A stretch of 64,000 nucleotides of DNA, from contig OX337232.1 in assembly GCA_946965045.2 (NCBI GenBank), positions 3,846,314 to 3,910,313 on the forward strand, in the 5' to 3' direction. The notes under the pieces were generated by a model. The model did not search any database. It saw only the letters and a list, made by a program, of their open reading frames with translations, and was not told the DNA's origin. Shown here one piece after another: positions 12,610 through 24,535 of this stretch (positions are counted from its first letter, which is position 1; each line of letters begins with the position of its first letter). Source of the stretch: Epithemia pelagica. Lineage: Eukaryota > Protista > Bacillariophyta. Made by a program: the position numbers and the translations under genes.

Positions 12610-13182
12610 CTCAGAAAACTGCTTCCGTTTCTGCCATCGATAGAACGACAACGAATGGCACCTTGGGTAGCGACGTATCGACGGAATGACCAAATTACAA
12701 TTTGTCATTGATCGCTACTTGCTCTACGATAGTCGCTAGCTAGGTGGTAGGTGGCGCTCCTTTGAGTACCCTGAAGTAGAGGTGGCTGGGAACAGGAGAC
12801 GAGAACACTGGGCAGCAGAGGGAATGGCTCTCTCTAGCTAGGAGACGGAAACACTCTGTCGAAACCATTTTTCATGGTAGTTGCCTATCTCTACCGGTAG
12901 ATACTCGCAATTCTTGGACGACTACCTACTTGCGATCGAAGGACCAACCTCATTCGACGTTTCGACAAGCGTCGATCGGATCCCCACAAACAACTGGACC
13001 GCTGTCCAAGTCCATTCCAACCAGAAACTGCACTGTCGGCTGTTTCGTACTTTCTACTTTTCACACGCACGTTGCCCATCCCAACCATCTTCTATTGTAC
13101 GGAGAAAACATCAACAATCAACATAAAAGGAATAAAAGGAACATCGCCTAAGCCCCAAACCCAAAAGGCCTTGTCACTTCTC

Positions 13183-14522
13183 TAGAGAGGTTGTTACCGC
13201 GAGCTCAAATCGATGCGGGTAGGGTTTTCGCGAATCTCATCCTTTGCGGGTCCAAATACCAGCGTGTTTCGCAGTTCCGCACTACTATGGGTTTTATGTA
13301 CTCTGCACAAATTTGACGTATGGGCGGTCATACCCCCCAGCGGGGCTGAGTCATGAGGCTTACAATAGTGATTCGATTCTGGTGTGCAAAGTCTTTCTCA
13401 CCCCCACGGCGCGTCCCTTGCGCACTCGACTTTGACACAAACCTCGCAACCACTCCGCGCATTCACCACGGCACTGGAGGTGATGCGATCGTCCATGGCC
13501 CATCATCACTGCCCAAAGGCCACCATCATCCAAAACAAGGCGCATGTGGACTGTATGACTCGATGGTGGTGCGGAAAGGTTGACATTGGCTTACCAAGGT
13601 CCATGGTAGGCAGCAACAAAAGCATCGCCCAAAACAACCTTCTTCTCACCCATTATTCCTTTCTATCAGGCATCGGCGATGTTCCCCCTCTTCCTTTCTC
13701 TCCTTCCTTCGTTGATTCCATCGGCCTATCTTTATCCCATGGAAAACAAGGCCCTCAGCACTCGACAACAACAACAACATTGGGGTCTTCGCTCTCCACA
13801 CACAACAACACAAATTAAGCTCAAAGATACGAAGCACCAAGATCACACAGCAATCACCTCTCGTTTGTTGCATCTAGCTTCTCCAAAGACAAAGACAACA
13901 ACACAACAATCAACCATAGTTTGTGACATGGATGGTGAAATAGACAATCCCCAAGCACGAGTCTTCTTGCCGTTGTAATCGGAAAAGCCTGGTTGATTGT
14001 GGTTTCGAGCGAATGCGAAGCTTCCATTTGGTCTGTGGAGGTGCAAGGGAGGCTTGCGGAAGGTTGGATCAAAAGGAGAGCTTGCATGGATGGATGGATG
14101 GAAAGGAGAGCTTGCATGGATGGATGGAAAGGATGGTCATCTGCCTCGTTGTTGGTGTGGTTGTTCTTGGTGGTGGTATGCAGACCATAAAGAGACTCGT
14201 TGCGGCGGGTTTCGGAGGCAACCGCAGGTTCACGATGGTCCGGTGGGGTAAGGGAGACATGTTGGTCATCTTGGGTGAAGGATTGAACGTTCATGGGTGA
14301 TGTTATGACACTCTCAAGATTGGCTCCGTGGTGAATGTGTGATGTGTTTTGGTGGTTTGTGTCAAAGTCGAGAAATCGCACCCTCGCGCCGTGGGGGTGA
14401 ATAAGACTATGCACCTCGAATTCACGACACACACCAAATCGGTGCACCCACTGCGAGTAGCGCGGATCGGACCCGCCAGTCTCTTTCGTTGCGGTGCAAA
14501 GGAGCCGCGGTAACAACCTCTA
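13183..14522. mobile_element. Non-autonomous TIR element with 8-bp TSD and long diverged inverted arms (hAT- or MULE-like)
   Basis: CACTTCTC direct repeat at 13175-13182 and 14523-14530. AGAGGTTGTTACCGCG (13186-13201) is inverted at 14506-14521. Further inverted blocks GCGGGTCC, CACCCCCACGGCGCG and CTCGACTTTGACACAAACC (13425-13443/14354-14372). Confidence 0.8.
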
Positions 14523-14858
14523 CACTTCTCATATTATTGTAAGTCGTTTGGCCGTATTCTGAATTCTGAGCCGACGGTTCTCCTTGTAAACATGAGTCCT
14601 CTTATCCACAAACCATATTGTATTAGGCTAGCTAGAGTAATCGACGCATGCAGTGTTCGCGATGGCTCGCATCTTCGGACAGACGGTCGGTCGCTCTGTA
14701 CAAGTCTGCCGGTCCCGTATGACTCATCTGTGTCCGTCAACTCTTCGAATTTCCTGCCACGTGCCGCCAGCCGCCAGATTCGCGCAGTCGCGGAATTTCT
14801 GCGAGGGAGGATGATTCCATTGTTCTTCAATGGACCGAGTTCTGAGTTCGACCACACC

Positions 14859-17611
14859 ATGATGGACTCCTCCTCCGCATCCTCACCGCCACAGCCGCAA
14901 CAACAAGGGCAACAACAACCATCTTCCACAACTCCATCCAACCACACTGCAACCAATTTGGCCGACAATCGTAAAACAAGCAAAAGGAAACGGCGAACTG
15001 CTGCTGCAAGCCGCCGCTGGACAAATGATGCCACCGAACAAAAGCCCTTGCTGGCGGCCGATCAAAAGACAGTGTCCATTCCTCTTTGGGAATTGCAGCA
15101 ACAGCAAGAACCACAAGACAATCTAGAAGCTGCGGATGATGCAAGAGCAGCGGATCCCTTGGCCATTCCGATTCGCGTTCGTTCCCCACAACAAGAATCA
15201 CCTGTACCGAATCGTCCTCTGCACACCAAACCTCCTCCTTCTTCTGCTTCGGTTCGACAGGCACCACCTTCCAAGCCACAGCCCCGACCACGTCGTAATC
15301 CTTCTCGTCGTCGTCGAAATCGTCCCGGTGGTGGTCCTCCCTTGTCGTCGGTGGCTCCTCCTCCTTCGACAGCACGGTCCGACAGTCTGCAGTTTCGGGT
15401 CACGGACCTTCCTCCTCTTTCGTGGACCATTTTGTTTGCCTGTCAACATGGATTAACCTTGGTGGGGGGATTGGTCTTGGTCCCCTTGACTATTGTGCCG
15501 TTAATGGGTGGCACAACGCAACAAGCGGCCCACTTGATTGGCACCACTTACTTTTGTACCGGCTTGAATACCTTGCTGCAAACGACGTTGCTCGGCACAC
15601 GGTTGCCCATTGTGCAAGTCACGTCGCTGGCCTATTTGCCACCGACGCTTAGTATTATTGCCCATGCCGACTTGCAAGCCATTCGCCATCCGGAAGAACG
15701 CTTTGACGAAACCTTGGCCGTCCTGTCGGGAGCCTTGTTGGTGACGGGCCTCGTCCAAACCCTGCTCGCCACGAGTGGTGCCGTCGTGCCCTTGTTGCGC
15801 TTCGTGTCACCCGTCACGATTGCCTGTGTCACGAGTACCATTGGCTTGGGCTATTACAATGTCGGCTTGGAACAAGTCGCCACCTGTCCCTCCATGGGTT
15901 TTACCTTGATTGTTGTGGCCGTCGTGTGCAGTCAAGTCTTGAGACCAACGACCACGACCAATCGAGTCGGACCACGCCGCCGACACGAGGTCCATTCCAG
16001 GTCCCAGTCGTCCCAACCACAACAACATGCAGACGATGATCCATCGGCCCTCACGTCCACGACCTATGGAGTAGGACGATCGCCCTTCTTTTCCTCTCTC
16101 GGTACCTCGCTGCGCGAATTGGTGTCTCTCATTCCACTCTTGTTGGCCATGTCCGTGACGTGGGGTTTGTCGGCGCTCTTGACCCACTTGGACGTCTGGG
16201 AAGATACCGATGACGACAAGAATTTGTGTCGCACCACGTCCGACGTGAATCTGGACGACATGCCCTGGTTTCAAGTCCCCGGTATATGGTCCAATCGTCA
16301 CGGCCAGTGGCCCGGAGTCCGATTCAAACTCTACGGTACGTACGTCTGTTTATGTGTGTGTCGGCAGGTGTGGAACCAAAACAAAATGGAGCCAACGCAC
16401 TGTGGATCGTGGAATGTTCCTATATAGAGTGTTGGAAGTGTATGTGTGTTTCTTTCTCTCTCTCTCATGTGTGTGTGTGTGTGTGCGTGTCATCGTTTGG
16501 TGTCAATGCCTTTGTTGTTGCACTGTTCTACGACTGATACTCTGTACTACTTACTGGTATACTCTCTCTATTAGCCATTGTTCCCATGGTGGCAGCCATG
16601 ATAGTGAGCATGATTGAATCAGTGGGGGACTATTATACTTGTGCGCGGGTCAGTGGGGCACCGCCTCCGACACCAGGTATCATTAGTCGAGGATTGGCGG
16701 CTGAAGGGGTCAGCGTCATGGTGGCGGGGTTGTTTCGACAAGGAGCGGGATCCACCTCGTCCAGTGGCGATATTGCCATTGTGGCCTTGACGGGTGTCGC
16801 CTCCCGGGCCGTCCTGCAAGTGGCGGCCCTCCTGCTCATGGTGGTAGGGACATTGGGCAAGGTGTCGGCCACCTTGGCGTCCTTACCGCCCGGCATTGTC
16901 GGTGGGGTCTTTTGTGTCGTCTTGGCCTCTCTGGTGGCCGTCGGATGGACCAATTTGCAATTTGTCTCGATGCGACAGGATCGCAATGTCTTTATTTTGG
17001 GCTTTTGTCTCTTTAATTCCTTGTCCATTGCCGGGCCAGGCGGATACTTTTCCACCATTGATCACAATCCCTTTTTATTTGGCACTGATTCGTCATCCTC
17101 TTCGGTGTGGGCCGACATTGGCTTGGCCTTGTGCAGTAGTCCCATGGTGATTTCCTTGGTCGTGGCCTTGGTCTTGGACAATACCATTCCCGCCACGGCG
17201 CGGGACCGTGGGTTGCACGCCTGGAGTCGCGCGCGACACGCACAAGTCCACAACGATGCCGACTATGTCCAAACCTATTCCTTGCCCTGGCCACGACTGT
17301 GTTGTGGCAATTGCGGTTATTTGGAAGCTTGTCATGGCGGTATTTGGCCCGAGCCACCCGTCGATAATGTCTGGCAAGGAGGGCACGGTGACTTGTGGCA
17401 CTTTTGGTGGCCTCCCACCAAACCATTCCATCACCGGAACAACCATCACAATTCCGACAGTAACACCACACGAGCCCTTCTCGAACGTCAACAGCAACCA
17501 CAACAGCAACCACAACCGTCCTTATCATCCCAACAACGAGACGGTCCGCCCGTCCGACCCCTGACGGAACAAGAATTGGAAGTCGAATTGCAATCCTACT
17601 ATTCCACCTAA
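14859..17611 (+). CDS. Nucleobase-ascorbate transporter (NAT/NCS2, xanthine-uracil permease family); exons 14859-16335 and 16575-17611
   Basis: FACQH, GTRLPIVQ, SMIESVGDYY, SRGLAAEG, GSTSSSGDIAIVALTGVASR (NAT signature region) and LDNTIP. A GT..AG intron joins the two ORFs in frame (KLY-A-IVPM). The start codon is uncertain; the frame is open from 14592. Confidence 0.9.
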
Positions 17612-18329
17612 TCTATAGTTTGTTGGGGGTGGAGCAGTATACCAAATGGAGTGTGGTCCCCCTCCGTGAGCATCTTGCCAACGACAACTAAAAAGCTATG
17701 CGCGGCTCTCTCTCTGTTTGGAAATTCACCGTTTTGCTGGTTGGCAGACCACTGGTCATTTTCTCCCTCCACAGCACCACACAGACAGACAGCGCGCACT
17801 TTTGGTGTTCCACGACGCTGTTCTCTCTCTCATGATATGGCTCTTGCACCACAAACGAACTTGATGCTCCGGAACACGTCCCGTGGAAGCAACTCAACTG
17901 CACAAGTAGGTGCCGTGTATCTAGAGGGTCTGCTGTCGACTCGGAACAACTGGATACTCGTATGATGCGGCTTGTACCTTATATATCGGACTATATTTAG
18001 TTTTAGGATTTCTTCTCAAAGAAACAAACCGCTGCATTGTAGACTGTGGGAATGCCATTCTGCGGCTCCTTAGTGACCCTCCTCTTTGAGATGTTGTTCA
18101 AGGTTAGATGGAATGCAACCGCGATGGTAAAGATACGTTTCCACCATGCTTGCCAATGTCCAATGCTTGGTGGTAGGCGATCCCAAAGGCATGGGCATCC
18201 GGGTGATTGGCTCCAAGGTGGGGATGGTTCTTGGCCACAACCTTGGATTTCTTTTACAACAAGCCAATTCGACTGTTTTGATCCTGCAAGGTCGTGGCAA
18301 CGGTCATTTGTTCTTGGGCCCGAGAGCCA

Positions 18330-18870
18330 ACCAGTTTGTACAATGCCCTGCAACCAGCGACTCGTTGACACTGCAAAAGGGACGCGTTGGACCCTAGTAG
18401 GCCAATGGTTGCATGAGCAGCTTCACAAAATGAATCCACAACCATCATTCCCCTGTTGTGGAACGTACCTCGAACTTGTCCCGTTCCGGCGTGATAAAGC
18501 CTGTCATCTCCACCGATAGGAATTGTCTTGCAATCTATGAGCAGCTGGTGGAGACCAAAGCACAGCGATGGAACCAATACAAGTCACCTCTTGTCACTCT
18601 AGAACACACTACGGTGTGCCATTCGATGGGGAAAAATCCAGTGGGGAACGCTTTGATTGGTGTTGGAATCTCTGGCGTGTGGCATGGATTTTTCTCTAGA
18701 TAATGAGGCAAAAGTGCATATGGGTGGATTGGCCGTTCCATGGTTTGTGTTGGGGTGGGCGACAAGATGGGGGAGGGATGGACGACGACAAAGAGCAAAA
18801 GATGAGAGACTTGGCTCTTCGAACGCTCGGCTCGCTCGAAACCGCATCTTGTCACGCTGGCCGGCCCATG
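18330..18870 (-). repeat. Dispersed diverged repeat, copy 2 (inverted relative to 9243-9770)
   Basis: Reverse-complement similarity to 9243-9770. No intact ORF in either copy. Confidence 0.8.
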
Positions 18871-19319
18871 ATCGCGTCTGGGTCGCTTTAATCATTCCAA
18901 CTTTGCTGACGTGTCTTCATGCGCACCTGCCGATCCTCACACGCTCACACAATCGCCATGGAGCAGTTGGTCGTCTTCTGTCAACAGACACCGAAGACCG
19001 AAGTCTTGTGTGTCATCTGTTTCGCTGCTGCGGCTGCACACCAGTAGCACACAATCATCACACACAAACGTGCACAAACTGCGTCCAGGAGCACCACACA
19101 GTCCGTGTTTGATTCCTCAGTCCTTTTGTGATGGATGGATCAAGACAAGAGTGAGAGAACCTCAGTGTACAGTCTTTTCTGGATCCACCCATACAATAGT
19201 ACTTCTCTATAGCTGCACAACGGAGTAGCACCGCTCGATTCTACAACACAACAACAAAACCACAAAACCACAAACACACAACAACAATCACTATCATTTC
19301 CAACTACTAATTCAAGACC

Positions 19320-21653
19320 ATGAGACGAGTCACCGGAACGATTCGGATTCGAGGTGGTGATGGTGGTGTCGCTCTTGTATTAGTACCAAATGTTACAGCC
19401 AGGACACAACGACAACCACACCAGAGCACTCTTCTCAGCCGTCTGCCCCAACGAGCGTTGTCCACCATGCTGAATCACAACTCTCCTCCTCCTCCTTCAA
19501 CAACAACCAGAACAACCAGAAATCCAACAAGCCAAAACCAGATGCAACCGCGTTCCTCGGCAAAGAAGAACCGGATGCACCGACCCACTGTATCATACAC
19601 CAACAATGCTCCTACTCCTACTACTCCTACCATGACGACTCGGTGGATGGTGGGCCTCTATTCCTGGCGCCATTACTTGTTTGCGTCGTCGTCCATGAGA
19701 ACGACAAGGTCATCCTTGGACCGAGTGGGTGCCACTTGTACTTCTTTTGATGCAGCATCATTACCACCACCACGCGTTGAGTTTACCACCTTTGACACGG
19801 AATCCCAAGCCCACGAGTGGTACCAGGCCCATGACCACTGTTCTCGCATTCTCTGGCAACAACAGCAGCCGCAGCAGTCCAATGACTGCCAGCACACAAC
19901 GAGTGACCACTCACCACCACCACCGCAACAGGATGACAATGACAACACGGTGAACAAGGCCAGATGCCTACACCCAAGGGACCACAATTCTGTTTCTCGT
20001 TGTTCCGGTTGTTCGGTATGGGACCATTTTGCCTCCTCGCATACCTTAGTGGCCTGTTCCACCGCCTTTTGGGATGTTCAAGGGCTCGGTGTGGCCACTC
20101 TGTGGTTGGGACCACCACCGCCAGCAGTGACAGGGAAACAACAGGGTACTACAGCCACGACACCAACAACCACCACTACAACTACAGGTGCAACACCAAA
20201 CCATGACTACCCCGCCGTCTCGCGACAAGCCATTGTCCAAGCCTTGCAACAAGGACTGGTGCCCTTTGTGCCTCCTCAACGCACACCCTCGGTCCAATGG
20301 AGTGTCAAGTGGAGTCTGCAAGCCGTCACGGCCACCATACGAGCAGCGAGTCGTAGTTCGAAAATGAATTCGAATACAAAACAACAAAAGGACCGTTTCC
20401 CTTCTCTTTTGCCTACTTCCACTGGACAGTCTCGGTGCTCTCCATTGTCCTGGCCGTTTCGAAATAAAATTTTAAAGAACAGTCGTTTGGCAGGCATGGC
20501 GGCGTGGAATGGAAATGCCACCACTGCCACCTCCAACAACGACAACAACCACGATGAATTTCCATCCTTGTCGTCGTCATCGTCCCTGTTGTCGAATCAT
20601 CATCGTCGTGCCATGGCCCATTTTGGGACGGCTCCCCATCGCAATGCGTCCCTGTGTTATTTTCCCGTCGATACCTTTCCTCATGTTCGGGGTCATGTCG
20701 CCTTGACCTTGGACGATGCACCCTGTCGATTTCACAGTCCAAATCCAACAACGGCAGTGTCCGCCTCGTTGGTTCCCGCCGTTCGAAGCTTGTTGCACCA
20801 GTACCAGGCCCAAGCGACATTTATGGTGGTGGGACACTGGGTTCGCCGCAGTACTGATCATCAATCCTCCCTGATTGACTTGATTCAAGACGGTCATGAA
20901 CTCGCCAATCATGGCATGTTGGATCAATCGTACGAATTTGCATCGCCCCACGAATTTGGTCAAGCTGTACACGAGTGTCAAGACATTTTGGAATCACTGT
21001 ACGACGAGGCTGCTGCCGGAGTCGTCACGTCGGCGGATCATTATTCTTCTGTTCCTCGCTTGCGGTGGTTCCGACCCCCACATGGTCGATACACACAAGC
21101 CATGGAAACGGTCTTGGACGAGCAGGGCTTGTTGCCCGTCCTGTGCGATGCCTATGCCTCGTGTCCCATTGTGCAAGATGGACCCTTTGTCGCCCAACAA
21201 TTACTCCATCAAGTTCAAGATGGATCCATTCTCTTGTTGCACATGCCCGAACGACATGTGCGACCCTGGTGTTGGACCGCCTTGCAACTCGTCTTGCAAC
21301 ACTTGAAGCATCACAACTGGAGGGTTGTCACATTGTCCCACTTGGCACACTTGGCCAGTTTGTCCGTTCCCGAACAAGCACCACCACAGCAAGCAGCAAC
21401 CAATGAGGACGAGTGGAATGAAACGACATGGAGGAGAACGAACAAACCCGTGTGGTGGCAGGTGCATCCTCAATTTCAACCAGCACTGAAACGAAAACAA
21501 CCATCCACACCCAACGACCCAGTGCCATTCTCCGCCCCGTCGTTGCCCTTGCTCGTGTCTTCTCCAAAGATTTGGAACGAGTGGAAGACCCGCTCTTTGG
21601 ACTTGTCGTCGTTGATGTTTCGTCGCAAGAATCAACAAGAAGAAGGACCGTAA
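19320..21653 (+). CDS. Polysaccharide deacetylase (NodB/CE4) domain protein with a long low-complexity N-terminus (alternative start 19467)
   Basis: HVALTLDDAP, ATFMVVG, GHELANHG, RWFRPPHG and GSILLLH match NodB motifs. Confidence 0.8.
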   Translation: MRRVTGTIRIRGGDGGVALVLVPNVTARTQRQPHQSTLLSRLPQRALSTMLNHNSPPPPSTTTRTTRNPTSQNQMQPRSSAKKNRMHRPTVSYTNNAPTPTTPTMTTRWMVGLYSWRHYLFASSSMRTTRSSLDRVGATCTSFDAASLPPPRVEFTTFDTESQAHEWYQAHDHCSRILWQQQQPQQSNDCQHTTSDHSPPPPQQDDNDNTVNKARCLHPRDHNSVSRCSGCSVWDHFASSHTLVACSTAFWDVQGLGVATLWLGPPPPAVTGKQQGTTATTPTTTTTTTGATPNHDYPAVSRQAIVQALQQGLVPFVPPQRTPSVQWSVKWSLQAVTATIRAASRSSKMNSNTKQQKDRFPSLLPTSTGQSRCSPLSWPFRNKILKNSRLAGMAAWNGNATTATSNNDNNHDEFPSLSSSSSLLSNHHRRAMAHFGTAPHRNASLCYFPVDTFPHVRGHVALTLDDAPCRFHSPNPTTAVSASLVPAVRSLLHQYQAQATFMVVGHWVRRSTDHQSSLIDLIQDGHELANHGMLDQSYEFASPHEFGQAVHECQDILESLYDEAAAGVVTSADHYSSVPRLRWFRPPHGRYTQAMETVLDEQGLLPVLCDAYASCPIVQDGPFVAQQLLHQVQDGSILLLHMPERHVRPWCWTALQLVLQHLKHHNWRVVTLSHLAHLASLSVPEQAPPQQAATNEDEWNETTWRRTNKPVWWQVHPQFQPALKRKQPSTPNDPVPFSAPSLPLLVSSPKIWNEWKTRSLDLSSLMFRRKNQQEEGP

Positions 21654-22421
21654 GAGCCCGGGGCCGTGTGAGGAGGAGGGTTACCGATTCCTCTCCATGT
21701 GGCCTTGCGCGTGCGCACATTCAGACAACATTATCCTGCCGCAACAAGAGGGGAGAACTATACCCGACGACAACAACTGGCAACCGATGATCCATCACGA
21801 CAAGGATGCAAGAGAAACATCCTCATCAAGTTCTCTTCTAGTTTGCAGACGCCAAGTGACGTGCACGTCCAAAACATGTTCGATTACGACGTTCTTCCGA
21901 TATGGATGGTTCGTCTGTGGATCCTGTCGTTGTGAAAACTTTGGAGAAACTACAACGCTGGTTCGAATTTTGCTCTCTAGCTATTAGAGACAAGACGATA
22001 GGTATCTTTCTTGAGGCAGGTCGTAGCCGCTTCAGTGTTCCTCTGTGTCGTAGAAGGAAGACGATGGTCACTGTGGTTGCATTTTCCGATAGCATAATAC
22101 CACACACAAGACAACCTGTACATGGTTCACTTTTGTACTCATCTCTAGGGAAGGCTAGACGAGAGAAAACTACTCCTATTGCATGCCTGAGACGCAAGAG
22201 CGGGATCGTGCGATCCATAAGCGATCAATGGGGGGTGCGGTGATTGGGGGGAGATTCAAACAAACACTGCGACGCCCCGCCCTTCAACTTCAAGACCATC
22301 TCAAGATTGCATACAGTAAGGTGGTTGATGCTCTGCACCAGTGTTTGGAACTCTCGACAGACATTCACTTCCTGTGCTTATTATTGTTTTGCGAGTAGAT
22401 CCTGTCTCTCTCTCTCTCATC

Positions 22422-23603
<1,182 letters not shown>

Positions 23604-24535
23604 GTACATTTCGCAGTCGACGCAAATCAGCACTGTCTTTCTATCATCATACACCGTACCGTTTGTGGACAGAGGTTAAACAATCATGTCGACGACGTTG
23701 TTCTTCATCAAGGCCTACTTTCTACGTGATCTATTAGTATATACAAGTTCTTATCTCCGAAGTAGATGCATGATATCACTGGAATTGTTACGAAACTTGA
23801 CAAAACCGACTTAAAGCAGGGACGGTGAGGTGCAAATGGACTACAACGGCCGAATCTTGAAGGGGGGAGCAGTTCTTGTCGGACGACATTGGAATCATGG
23901 GGAACGGAGTAATTGCGAAGAAGGACTCTCGGGGTATAATAGCTCCACAGTACACTTGTGTAGCCATCCGTTCATTCGCAATCTCCTCCTTCGACCCGAT
24001 ATTTGGAGTGGCCATAGAGTTGGGGGGGGGGGGGGTTGGGGGGCACGTCTACATCTTTCTGTGATTATTATTATTATTTGTGATCTGATCGTCGTTGGTG
24101 TGCAGCAGCAGCAGCAAGACGACATGATATGATCACACAAAAGACTTGTGCTCGGTCCCAACTGTCGATTGTGTGAGCGTGCGAGGATCGACAGGCGCGG
24201 GAATGGTCGACAAGCGATTTCATTCTCAAATCGCTACTAGGTCGCTTGAAAAGATCGCAGTGATGCTGGGACTTATTGTTGCAGCGGGGACTGTGATGGA
24301 GAGATCCATAGTTCAGTCGGGTCCCGTTCTATACGACGAATTGCCATCTGCTCGGTTCTTCAAGAGTTGCTTCCGCATAGGGTATCTTCTTCCTCTTGTT
24401 TGGGGTGTCGGTGCTCCATGAAGATGAACTATCAAGAGCACAGCGATTCTCATTGTCTCGTTTCACGAAGCAGCGTTTCCAAACAAGCAAAGAAAACTCG
24501 GCGACACCAAAAGAAACCAGCGCAACATTCGAATC

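Noticed and set aside
19640-19830. RNase H1 N-terminal (viroplasmin)-like motif GLYSW...FDTESQAHEW in the deacetylase ORF
   Set aside because: The spacing and intervening residues fit poorly; too weak without a profile search.
24022-24043. Poly-G tract as a functional G-quadruplex
   Set aside because: An isolated homopolymer, error-prone, with no supporting context.
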